This document shows positions 14,641 through 27,485 of a stretch of 64,000 nucleotides of DNA, piece by piece (position 1 is the stretch's first letter; the number at the start of each line of letters is the position of its first letter). This DNA is from Eledone cirrhosa (Eukaryota). The stretch covers positions 407,650,001-407,714,000 of the forward strand of contig OZ024740.1 in assembly GCA_964016885.1 (NCBI GenBank). The letters run 5' to 3'. A program made the position numbers and the translations under genes. Under the pieces are notes generated by a model that saw nothing but the letters and a program-made list of their open reading frames with translations, ran no database searches and was not told the DNA's origin.

Positions 14641-14715
14641 CTGGGCCCTATGGTTAGGCTGTCTATGTCAGAGGAATTAGATGACCAGCCAACATCAGAC
14701 TCAGTACTGCATTGG
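14641..14715 (-). CDS. KCNT1: Probable next exon of the Slo2/KCNT gene (variable S1-S2 extracellular loop)
   Basis: ttttttatttgtttag | C CAA TGC ... CCC AG | gtataa. 75 nt, phase 2-2, open in the frame required by the previous exon: (G)QCSTESDVGWSSNSSDIDSLTIGP. GC-richer than its flanks. Only weak similarity to vertebrate CWGCPKQNYSFNDSSSEIN. Confidence 0.62.
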
Positions 14716-17649
14716 CTAAACAAATAAAAAAAGTACAATATAATTTAGAATACTGGTGCTTTTTGGCATGAATGTGAAAAATGTTATTATATTTGATGTT
14801 ATCACTCTGCAGTTGATGTTTGGCAGAAAATGAGATGATAAAAAAAAAAAATTTCAGGAATAGGATTATTATATTTTTTAGTAACATATATTGAAAAGCT
14901 GAAAATAATCGAAAACAATTTATAAACATATATTTGTAATATATTTCATAATATCCCTTTTGATAAACAAGTAATATATTCTGTATAAAAATTATAAAAA
15001 TTGTAAATAATAATAATTTAAGAAAGCATACAAATGATATTTTGTAAATGAAATAATAATATATTACTAAACTAATATTTTAAAAAGTACAAGATTAAAT
15101 AATATCAAATGAATTAACAATGAAGTATAAAAAATATTGATTTTAGATGAAGTCATTGATAACAAATAACTATTAGTAAAAATAAATGATAAATAGATCT
15201 GTTCATAAACTTGAATGGTTATTCTTTCTAGCCTTTGATGTGCTTTAATATCATATATAAGCAAAATAGGACATTAAAAATCAAAATTATGAATTTTAGC
15301 TAAAAAATGTAATAAAAAATTAATATATGATAACAAAAAATGTAATATCAGAGAAGTTTTTAATAAAATATCAATATGGCAATGCTATAAATATATAATT
15401 TATTTTATGTGTGTGTCTAAAAATGTGATGGAGTTGCTAGTGAGTTTGATATGTGCAGTTCTTTAACATAGGTTGTGGCTTTTATTTAACTTACTTTTGG
15501 CTATATTTCGAAATTAATTGAACTTAAGTGAGGTTGAACTCCTTCAAGCTTAGATTCACACTCTGATTTTATGTAGAAATTATATTTAGTTGTGATTTGG
15601 CCATATCTGACTAAAGTAAGAGTTCTCTCTTGAAGCTACAAGTTTATAATGTATAAGTGCAGTGAAGTACAAATATTCTCTTACATTCTCAATCTATGAC
15701 ATAGTTTTGAAAATTAATGTTCCTGAAATTGTACTTATTCCTCTTACTTCAGGATGTGATAGGTAACATTGAGGCAAAACCCATACAAGTTAAGAATATT
15801 GATGAATTTTTAATACCAGAACAAATATTTAGTATTGATTTTTACAAAGGAAATTCCCCAGTTAAGATTTTTGTATCAAATGAAAATTGAAGCAAAACAG
15901 ATCGTTAGAAAATATAGTTTAACAATGCATCAAATAGAAAACATACCAGTGAATTAGTTGGATTTGTTTTCCCTCAATATTTGAATACAAATGGTTGGAT
16001 TTTAAAAATTTGGAAAAGAATTTGTAACTTATTAAAGTTAACTGAGGATTTCAAGCAATATTTTCAAAGCAAAGAAAATGTAAAAATGTATGACTATCAT
16101 CTTGAGGTGAAGCAGCAATTAAACATTAGGTTCAAAATAGTTCTCCAACACTCCAAAAATTAAAATCTGAATATAATACTACAATACCCTAGGCACAATT
16201 TATATGAATAAACATAAATTGAATGCTTCATATCATATGTATAGCAATTCATATTTATATCAATTTGCTTAGATATTTGTACTAAAGAACTCTGTTAATA
16301 TAAATTTTATATAACGAAATACTATTCTCATGAATATTACAAAAGTAACTTTAGATTCAAAATTATACTTTATGTTTTATATTCTTTAAAACAATCCTTA
16401 TATGATTATTAGCAGCTTAATATAACATTTGTTTTGGTGAAATTTTCACAAACAATGATAAAGAGTTCAAAATAGTGAGATAAGAATATTTACATGAACA
16501 AGACAATATCCATTTGATGTAAGGAAAAGCTATGTGAGCATTATACATAGAATTAATTTCTAGGGACAGTAAAATAAATGAAGGTTGCTTTACATTGATA
16601 TCTGTCTTAAGAAGAAGTGCTTTCATTGCCTTTTATAGATTCAAATGATTAGGACATTTTATATAAGTGCATTCCTTATAGAATTGATATGATTCATAAA
16701 TAAGATATTCCGTGGTACAGTTGAAAACATGGTTAATAAGGTAAAATATGTATAAACCAATATTTAGAAGTGTGATTCTTGTAGATAGATAATAGTAAAA
16801 AAAATAAATAAATAACAAGTGCAAAAATATAATATACAAATACTTTCTGCAACCAATGTGTGAATTTAGTATTTGAGATATTTAATTGCACCTTTTAGGA
16901 CTAGATATTCTATATTTAGCAAGAGGGACAGAATATTTTACACTTCATTAGTCATTCATATATATAATCCAATCATTTCCAGTTCTTATCATCGTGTTTC
17001 AAAATTACTTGGGGAAATACAATCACCATGGAAGATAAGTGAACAGGTAAATCATCTTGAAATATTATCACTGACAACACCTGCACTCATTTTATCATTT
17101 CTTCAGAATTTAACTGAAATTACAAAGCAGGAATTGGATTTGTAATTACATCTAGAACTGGGAGTGTAGGTATACTTTTAATGAAGAAAAAAACAGATTG
17201 TGTAATTAATATAGCTAGAATGTTTAACCCTTTCATTACTATGTTTCTAAAGAAAGACATTGCCTATGATTTTCAAAACAAATTTTTACTTATCAAGATT
17301 TTGAAAGAAATTTAGTATTTTAACTAACTTTTTCATTAATAATTAAGTGTTTGGAACTTAACTTAAAGGTTCTTATGTAGATAATGATGGAAGATTTTAG
17401 ATAGAAATAAACACTTTAAAACAGTTTTGTAGAGCCAAAGGCAGTTTCAGGTGGCTTGGCATTAAAACGGGTAAGGAAATACTAGGTATAACAATCAATG
17501 CATATGTTCTATGTTCTGCATTATAAAGAAGGACTAGTTTTATGAAATGTCAATAAAAACTACTGCAAATATAAATGTCAGAAATTTGATAATAGGTAGA
17601 GATTTTAATGTATAAGTAACTATGTTTACAAATTAAAAAAAAGGTTGAC

Positions 17650-18900
17650 AATCATCATCATCCTTTTACGTCTGCTTTTCACTGCTTGTTGTACTCATTT
17701 GTTGTACTCATAGTTTTTGGCAGTAGTATATATACTGGTTGGATGCCCTTCCTAACACCAGCACCACTTTACAGCATGGACTGGGTGCTTTTATTCGTGC
17801 CACCAGCACTAGAAAGGTTGTCTTACTGGACTCAGGGGGCCTCTCTACCCCTCCATTTTACAGCATAGACTAGGTGCTTTTATTCATCCCACCAGCACTA
17901 GAGAGGTCATCTTACTGAACTCAAGGGCCATATCCACCTTCAATATATTTTGAATTCTGAAAAGTACATCAGACTTGTGGATTCTCAGCTAGCATGTATC
18001 ATGAGAACTTTATCATGGTATCAGTGCTAACACATTATAAGGTATACTGAGTGCATTTCAACATAGCACCAGCACTAGACAAATTGTCTTATGCTCGGCC
18101 AGACTGAAGAACCCCCCTCTACCCTATATTGCCTTCATTTGATTGCTACCCCATTTACTGGGTTTTCTGAGTGCATTTTATTGTGGTGCCAATACTTATT
18201 TCAATTTGATCACCTACCTCCTTAGAGAGCAAATTGTCACATTCTATTGTGGCACTAACACTAGACAGGATTGTCAGGTAACTGACAGAGCCAGATGGTC
18301 CTCTCAATTTTATGTTTTCTCTCCACAATACAGGTAGTGGTGGTGGGGTATAGCATATGTTTCATTGTGACACTGCACTCTATGTAGTCCTTGGTTTCTC
18401 ACCTCATTTACTTTTAATGTTGCAGTGCTTGTGAGAGGTTCTTTAGTATTAAGGTATATCACCAGTCATCTAAGATCTATGTCATCTCCTTTATTAGATT
18501 CAGTTTCTTGAGATCATTCTTCACAACTTCATCCCATGACTTCCTAGATCTTCCTCTTCCACAAATTCTATCAACCTTAAGCATTTGGCTCCTTTTTTTT
18601 ACAACTCTCACTCTCCATAACCATACCTGTTCAATCATCTTTTTTGTATGTTACATTCCATTCAATTCTTCTTATATGCAGCTTTTCTTTAATACACTAC
18701 CATTATACAACCAGTGAAGCATGCATGCCCTATTCCATTTTATCTGCTGCAAATCCTTTGCACTCTTAGTCTATGTCTTGCTGCAATGCAGCATAACAGT
18801 TTGAACACAATCATCATTCAGAGAAAGAAGCCCTTTGTTGCCTGCAGAGGTAGCAGCTCCCTGGAATTCTTCCACCCAGTTCTCATTCTGGCTATATATA
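17650..18900 (-). mobile_element. Highly degenerate RTE LINE 3' region with internally repeated 3' UTR
   Basis: (CAT)n tail, ggatgcccttcctaacacc motif, repeated caccagcactaga units, then remnants resembling the RTE ORF end. Confidence 0.55.
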
Positions 18901-20519
18901 ATTTTAATATATCCACCTTCACCACTAACAGGATTACCTAAGTAGCAAAACATCGACTACTTGTAGTGAGCCTTCTGGATATTACTGGATGAAGCTAAAG
19001 TAGGGCACACACATATAAGGTCTTGCACAATGGGACTGAACCCAGAACCATGCTGTTGTGAAGGAAACTATGTAACCATTTAGCCATGCTATATATATAC
19101 ATACATATGATCATCATCATCATTTTACATACACTATCAAGGATTGGACAGATTACAATGATCCAAGACTAGACTTTATATATATATAAAGTCTAGACGA
19201 TAATTTACCGTCATTTTATGTTTTTATTGCATAATGTATTTTTAACTGTTCACTTACGGGTGTGTTTATATATGTGGTAGCACATGTGTGTGTAGGCAGA
19301 TATGCATGCGTGCAGGTGTATGCATGTGGCAACACGTATGCGTATGCATGTGTAGATGTAGGTATATCGGCATATGAGTGGGTATTTGTATGTATATGTG
19401 TGGATGTGCGTACGTATGTTAAGTTGTCTCTTTTCTTTTGTGTGTATATATGTATATATATGTATATAAATATATATATATATGTGTGTGTGTGTGTATG
19501 TATGTATATGTGTGTGTATATATATATATGTATACACATGTGTGTATATATGTAAGTATGTGGATGTATGTGTGTATGTATATATGTGTGTGTATAAGTG
19601 TGTATATATATATAGGGATATATATATTTAAATGTATAGAAGGTTGGGCGTATGTATATGTGCGCGCGTATGAATGTATGTATATAAGTGTATGTTTGAG
19701 TAGGATATGCTTATCCCAATTGATACAGAGCGCGAAGTAAACAACCGTCAGAAGGCTCGTGGCGGTATGTATCAACAAGTGGGTGTGAATGGGTCCGTGT
19801 AGGTGAGGGAGACACGGTGTGTGAGTATCTATACTTCGATGTATGAGGGGGTGGGGGTGTCTGCGCATGTAGGCGTACGCGTGTGTAGGCATAGATGGGT
19901 ATGTGTCTGCATGTGTGTGTGTTATTATGTGTGTATTCTAGTATGTGTGGGTGCTTACCCTGAAGTGTGAGCAGACGTGTGAAGTACTGAACCCAGCATG
20001 ACTCCATTGAAATGTGTCGGACGGAAAATGGCTGCTGAACCGTGTGGCAGCAGATACTGTCCAGAACTTGTGATGACGTGGAGTAAAAACAGCCAATGGC
20101 ATGACAAGAGTGGAAATAGAGTATTTTTGAGAGTGTTTTTTTATGATAACACCCCAGTGATAACATTTTCTCCAGACGTAGCACCCGTGTCTGAAAAAAC
20201 CTGCAGAAGTAGAATCAGCCAGATCCATACAAGGACCATGACTCAAGCTACATGTCAGCAAAACATTTGTAACACGAAATAAACTAAGTTCAGATGCATC
20301 ACTGATTTTTCGTTTTTTTTATATCTACACTCTACTCTGATGAATATCGAGTGCTAATTTTAGCATACCGCCTATGGAAGCACCATAGCTACCACTATAC
20401 ACATCTATATATATGTATATATTATAGTTGAGACATATAGTATATATATATATTATATATATATATGTACACATATGTGTATGTATATATATATACATAC
20501 ACAAATGTATATATATATA

Positions 20520-20677
20520 CAAAAGTCAGCTCAAAAGTGACACAGAGGAGACTGAGGTTTCTGGACATGCTCACCGACATCCAGAGTTGACATTGCACTC
20601 AGTACTCCTTTGGGAGCCCCTACATGGACACACTAGATGAGGAAGACCTAGGTTAACGTATGTTGATGCCCTAAGGA
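20520..20677 (+). mobile_element. Short RTE-type LINE ORF C-terminal fragment
   Basis: Reads KVTQRRLRF(L/G)[35 protein letters not shown] across a frameshift; embedded in TA-rich microsatellite. Confidence 0.65.
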
Positions 20678-21121
20678 TATATATATATATATATATGTAC
20701 ACGTGTATGTATATATATATACATACACAAATGTATATATATATATATACATACACATAGGTATATATATATACATACACATAAGTATATATATATATAC
20801 ACATGTATATACATATATATACACATATGTATATATACATATATATACACATGTATATATACATATATATACACATGTATATATACATATATATACACAT
20901 GTATATACACATATATACACATATGTATATACACATATATACACATATGTATATATACATATATACACATATGTATATATATATATATACACATATGTAT
21001 ATATACATATATACACATATGTATATATACATATATACACATATGTATATATACATATATACACATATGTATATATACATATATACACATATGTATATAT
21101 ACATACACATATGTATATATG

Positions 21122-21152
<31 letters not shown>

Positions 21153-21153
<1 letters not shown>

Positions 21154-22881
21154 TCATCATCATCATCATCATCATCAAGGTTTAGCGTCCGTGTTCCACG
21201 CTTGCATGGGTTTGGACGGGGGTTTTCCCACTTGAGGCAAGAGTGGTTGTCTTGCTCGCATAGGACTGTCTGGCGGGTTTTCTACAGCTGGATGCCCTTC
21301 CTAACACCAACCACATTTACAGTGTGGGACTGGGAGGTTTTTACCGTGTTACCTACACGGCCACATTACAGCGTGGACTGTGTGTTTTTTTGTCGTGACA
21401 CCTACACGATCTCATTTGTTTCGGCCTGGATGTTGTGGCACCAACATAACTTTACATTGAAAGGGGCGATGTGGATGGGGTGGTGGGACGGGGGTGTGTT
21501 TTGATAGAGATGCCTACTGACTGTAGTAGGTTTTACTTTGTATTTAGGTAAGGCGGGTCTTCTCTATTACTGAGTACCGCCAAAGGTCTCGGTCCAGTGA
21601 CATTGTCTTGGAGAGGTGTAAGCGTGTGAGGTCGGAATTTATCATGTCGTCCCAGGTTTTTCTGGGTCTGCCTACTCCGTAGCTACCGTCTATCTTTATT
21701 GTCCTGCACTTTGTTATACAGCTGTCGTCTTTCATACGCATCACGTGACCGTACCAACGTAGCCTTCTCTCGAGTAAACAACATCTGATCCCTCTTATTT
21801 CTAATTTTTTCCTTAGTTCGTTTATGCTTAACCGTTCACGTATATTACTATTGCACATCCAGCGGAGCATGCAAGCTTCGTTCCTCTCTAGTCTGCGTAT
21901 ATCCTCTGCACACAATGCCCAGGTCTCACTGCCATGCAGCATTGCTGTTCGTACGCAGGCATCGTATAACCTGCCTTTCATTTTTAGGGAGAACCCTCTA
22001 GCGGCTAATAGTGGTATAAGCTCTCTGAACTTTTTCCATCCAGTTCTGACTCTAGCTACTGTACTTTCAGAGCACCCTCCCCCACTGCTGATTTTGTCAC
22101 CCAGGTAACGGAAGCTGTCCACTATTTCTATAGAACCCTCTGCGCAATTGAAAGAGCTAGTATTTTGTGGGCACTTGCTGCTACTTATTGCACCAGAGCA
22201 CCGGCCACAAGTAAAATCTATGTTCTTAGTTAGCTTACCTGTGATCCCACTACATCTTTTATGCACCCATACTTTGCATTTGGGACATAAAATGGAGTTT
22301 CTACCTACGCCTTTCCTACACACTGAGCATGGCCATTTCCCGGAAGGGACCGCCGCCTTATTTTCTTTCCTACAAACTAGAACTTTAGTCTTAGCCAGGT
22401 TAATTTTAAGGCCTTTTGATTCTAGGCCGTGCTTCCATGTTTGGAATTTCTTCTCTAGTTCGGTCATTGACTCAGCTATGAGCGTTTGATCATCTGCGTA
22501 TAGGAGTTCCCATGGGCAGCCGGTCTTGAACTCCTCTGTTATAGCCTGAAGAGCAATAATAAATAGTAGGGGGCTAAGAACAGAGCCCTGATGGACACCA
22601 ACTTTTACGCTAAACTCTTCACTATATTCGTTGTTAATTCTAACCTTGCTGACTGTTTCTTTATACATGGCTTGTATAGCTCTCACAAGCCATTCGTCAA
22701 CACCTAGTTTTCTAAGAGCCCACCAGATAATGGAACGGGGGACTCTGTCGAAGGCTTTCTCCAAGTCAACAAAAGCTAAGTATAGGGGTTTACTTTTAGC
22801 TAGGTACTTCTCCTGTAGTTGTCGTACAATGAAAAGAGCGTCTGTGGTACTTTTGCCTGACACAAACCCGAACTGCATTTC
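21153..22881 (-). mobile_element. 5'-truncated RTE LINE (same family as 30230-34402)
   Basis: Open frame 22881-21544 from EMQFGF through YADD, the PHD-type finger and GRPRKTW, then 3' UTR and (GAT)n tail. The apparent ORF N-terminus in the track is microsatellite. Confidence 0.95.
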
Positions 22882-22895
22882 ATATATATATACAC

Positions 22896-22950
<55 letters not shown>

Positions 22951-22956
22951 CACAAT

Positions 22957-23364
22957 GGAGGCGCATGGCTTAGAGGTTAGAGCATTAGGCTTGTAATCGA
23001 AAGGTTGTGAGTTTAATTCTCAGACCGGGTGATGTGTTGTTTCCTTGAGCAAGACACTTTATTTCACATTGCTCCAGTTTACTTAGCTGTAGAAATGAGA
23101 TGATAGGACTGGGGTCTCTATCATTCCACTGCAAAGGGGTCGTGGAGGTGCCATGGAAAAAAAGCACCCAGCCCAAACTGTAAATGAGGTTGGTGTTAGG
23201 AAGGGCATCCAGCTGTAGAAATCAAGCCAGAATCAATTCCTGTATGAGCAAGACAAGGTCAGCCGACCAGACACTGTTCACAACAGGACAACCTGTCTAA
23301 CCCATGCTAGCGTGGAAGAACGGACGTAAAACGGTGATGATGAGGATGATGATGATGATGATGA
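22957..23364 (+). mobile_element. Full-length tRNA-derived CORE-like SINE
   Basis: ggcgcatggcttagaggttagagc (A box), gtgagtttaattctc (B box), CORE-like segment, about 220-nt tail nearly identical to the LINE 3' UTR at 61500-61780, (GAT)n end. Confidence 0.88.
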
Positions 23365-23535
23365 TATACACACATATGTATATATATAAATATACACACA
23401 TATGTATATATATACACATATGTATATGTATATATACACATGTATATATGTATATATACACATGTATATATATATACACATATGTATATATATATACACA
23501 TATGTATATATATATATATACACATATATATATAT

Positions 23536-23982
23536 CATCATCATCATCATCGTTTAACGTCCATCTTCCACGCTTGCATGGGTTTGGACGGGAATCTTTC
23601 CACTTGAGGCAAGAGTGGTTGTCTTGCTCACATAGGAATGTCTGGTGGGTTTTCTACGGCTGGATGCCCTTCCTAATACCCACCACGTTTTTGTCGTGAC
23701 ACCTACACGACCTCATTTGTTTCGGACTGGATGTTGTGGTACCAACATAACTTTACATTGAAAGGGGTGGTGTGGATGGGGTGGGGGGTAGTGGGACGGG
23801 GGTGTATTTTTGTTAGAGGTGCCTACTGACTGTAGTATGTTTCACTTTGCACTTAGGTAAGGCGGGTCTTCTGTATTACTGTGTAGCGCCAAAGATCTCG
23901 GTCAAATGACATTGTCTTGGAGAGGTGTAAGTGTCTGAGGTCGGAATTTATCAAGTCGTCCCAGGTTTTATCTGGGTCTGCC
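23536..23982 (-). mobile_element. RTE LINE 3' fragment
   Basis: ORF end ([11 protein letters not shown]...KTRLT*), 3' UTR with an internal deletion and (GAT)n tail. Confidence 0.9.
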
Positions 23983-24126
23983 AATATATATATACACATA
24001 TATATATATATATGTACACATGTATATATATATAACACATATATATGTATATATATACACATATATATGCATATATATACACATATATATGTATATATAT
24101 ACACACATATATATCCATCATCATCA

Positions 24127-24165
<39 letters not shown>

Positions 24166-24230
24166 TAGTCACATATACTCAGCCATGATTCCCTGTCCCA
24201 AACCTGGGTACTGTTAGTCACATATACCCA

Positions 24231-24293
<63 letters not shown>

Positions 24294-24317
24294 TGTATAT
24301 ATATATATGTATATATA

Positions 24318-26822
24318 TCACAGGAGACTTCAATCACCCTGTGATTGACTGGGAAACCTTTCATTGGCCGCCAAGTGCAAATGACTTCCTTGAGCTAGTG
24401 CTGGACTTGAATTGGTCCCAAGTTGTCAACTCCCCAACAAGAAGTGACAACACTTTGGACCTACTCTTCACCACTAGTCCTGAAACAATCATGAGTGTTA
24501 CTGCTGAGGAACCTTTAGTTGACTCTGATCATGCCATGATCATTGCCAATCTATCCCTCATGGGCAGTAACAAGAACCACAACCATCTCCAAACTGCTCA
24601 CTTTGACTGGAATAAAGCAGACTGGAACTGATACTGCACCAAGTTGCAGCGTCCAAACTGGCTTGAGTTCTATGACTCTGGAGATGTCAACACTGTACTC
24701 CAGAACATCCTGAGCTCAATATGGACAGCATGTGCAGCATCGGTGCCACGTAAGCGGAAAAAACATCCCAAAAGTTCAATTTGGCAGTCCATCTTGCCAG
24801 AAAAGAACGTTGCAATGCTGAATGTGAGTACAAATTGCATAAATCAGACATCAATAGGAAGAGGCGAAATAAATCGTCCAACCACCTCAAACAGGTGACA
24901 AAAAAGGCAATGTTCAATTTGAGCAGCGCATAGCAACCAGCCCTGACAGTAAGGTATTCTGGAAGTATGTTCACTCAAAGCAGAGGCCTCACTCTCCAGT
25001 TGGTCCTCTTCACAATCCCCACACAAGCCAGGTTACTGACGATGCCAAGGAATCTGCAGAGCTCATTGCTGATTGCTATGCAGGCATTTTTACTATTGAA
25101 GACCAGAGTGTTCCGTCTCCACCACATATGACACCGGACTCTATTACAACCATGGAATTTACATCTGCAATGCTGCGACGTCACCTAAAAAATAAATGCA
25201 ACCATGCCTCTCCTGGTCTTGATGGTGTTACGTACCTGCTTCTCAAACATGGTGGGTACTTCCTTCTACACCAGCTATCACGCTTCTTCCAATTCTGTCT
25301 TAACAGCGGTGCTACTCCAGAACAGTGGAAAACTGCCAGTATCATTCCTCTGTTCAAAAAGGGTGACTGCACATCACCTGTGAACTATCGTCCAGTCAGT
25401 CTTACTAGTTGCATTGCCAAACTGATGGAATCCTGTGTCAGAGAAACACTTTGGAACTTCTGGAACTCTCACAGTCTGATCCGGCCCTCGCAATTTGGAT
25501 TTATCCCTAAATCCAGCTGCTGTGATCAACTTATCGAGTTTCTTGAGGACATCACCCGGATCACTGATGGCGGCTCATGGGTGGATGTTGTTTACCTTGA
25601 CTTTGCGAAGGCCTTCAATTCTGTGCCACACAAGAGGCTTATGGCAAAACTCTCTGCAATGGGTGTGAAGGATGATCTTTTTAACTGGTTGAAGTCCTTC
25701 ATTCTGATTCGAAAGAGGTAGTCACGGTTCTGGGACAGCATTCCTCACCATATGAGATGTCATATGGTGTACCACAGGGATCTGTTCTTGGCCTCCCTTT
25801 TGTTTGTGGCATATATTAATGACATAGATGCCAACTTAAAGAATGCCATAGTACTAAAGTACACAGATGACATCAAGCTGTACCTTGAGATAAAAAGGAC
25901 AGATCCTGAACACTATAGATCTTGTTTGCAGTCTGACCTGGACACAATGCAACGATGGCTCTCAGACTGGCAACTCAAGCTAGCTGTGGACAAGTGCACC
26001 ACCATGCATTTTGGGAGTAAAAACCCAGCGTCCACATACTCCCTCCACAGCACTAATATCAAGAAGTCTTCTTGTGAACATGACCTGGGCATTACAGTCA
26101 GCAGTGTTTTGCGTTGGACGAAGCACGTCTCTAAAATTGTCAAGAGGGCTGAGGGTGTCTTAGCATCACTCAGCAAGACCTTTGTCAACCGCTCTCCAGC
26201 TATCTATTTAAGGCTGTACATGGCTATGGTGCGGCCACACTTAGAATTTGCATCACCAGTCTGGAACCCCTATCTTGCTCAGAACATTGACCGCCTGGAA
26301 ACTGTTCAGAGACGTGCAACCAAGCGAATACCCTCCATCAGGCATCTACCATACTCTGAATGCCTTGCCTCCCTGGGCATGGATAAATTGAAGCTCTGAC
26401 ATCTGGCAACTGACTTGGTAAACACCCACAAAATTGTTAATCATCTTGCCAACAACAACCCTGAGTACCTTTTTGATTTCCATGTGTCTAACACACATTG
26501 GCATACTGACAAAGTGAGAAAATAGCACAGCTCCCATGACTTTCAGAAACATTTTTTCACGCTCAGAGTTGCTGAAGCATGGAACAAACTACCTGCATCG
26601 GTTGTTAGCTGTCGAGACACTGCATCCTTTAAGGCCTCCATGCTTCTTGAGATTTACCAACACTACACCTAATATTCCCCCTCCACACACATACACACAT
26701 GTATATCATGACTCATACACTGTTCACTTCCCTGACATTTGTATATTATTCTATGTACTATACATGCACCTTTGACGAGTTGTAGTGTACCTGAGCACTG
26801 TACACAATAATTTCATTATTAT
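24318..26822 (+). mobile_element. 5'-truncated, disrupted CR1-group LINE (APE endonuclease end plus RT)
   Basis: GDFNHPVIDW, PTRSDNTLDLLFT, SDH (endonuclease); PGLDGV, NYRPVSLTS, QFGF, VYLDFAKAFNSVPH, YTDD, VRPHLEFASPVWNP, LETVQRRATK (RT/C-terminus). Several stops and frameshifts; (ATT)n-type tail. The tail recurs inverted at about 34940-34990. Confidence 0.9.
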
Positions 26823-26837
26823 ATAAACACACATATG

Positions 26838-26884
<47 letters not shown>

Positions 26885-27004
26885 TTATATGTATATATAT
26901 ATATATATATACACACATATATATACATATACACATGTATATATATATACACACGTATATATATATATATATACACATATGTATATATATATATATATAT
27001 ATAT

Positions 27005-27350
27005 ACACCCCTATCCCACTACCTCAACACCTCCCCACCCCTGCCAACACCACCCTTTCTCTGTAAAGTTATGTTGGTACCACAACATCTAGTCCTAAAT
27101 AAATGAGGTCGTGTAGGTGTCACGAAAAAAAAAACACACAGTCCACGCTGTAATGTGGCCGTGTAGGTAACACGGTAAAAACCTCCCAGTCCACACTGTA
27201 AACGTGGTTGGTGTTAGGAAGGGCATCCAGCTGTAGAAAAGCTGCCAGACAGTCCTATATGGGCGAGACAACCAATCTTGCCTCAAGTGGGATAATTCCT
27301 GTCTAAACCCATGCTAGCGTGGAAGATAGACGTTAAACGATGATGATGAT
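27005..27350 (+). mobile_element. RTE LINE 3' UTR fragment
   Basis: Colinear with 34060-34402; ends gacgttaaacgatgatgat. Confidence 0.85.
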
Positions 27351-27485
27351 ATATATATATACACATATGTATATATATGCACATCTGTATATATATATAT
27401 ATATATATATATGCATGTAGAGCTTCAAATATTACCTATTTAAAAAATGATTAATCCTCCTTTCTAGTTGATATATATATATATA

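Noticed and set aside
19216-21504. Many YI/YT/CV-rich ORFs (also at 3155-3473, 23278-24290, 26751-27092, 29942-30268, 43354-44090)
   Set aside because: Translations of (TA)n/(CA)n microsatellites, which lack stop codons in several frames.
22957-23030. tRNA gene
   Set aside because: A/B boxes run straight into a CORE-like segment and a LINE-derived tail, and occur in several diverged copies; this is a SINE head.
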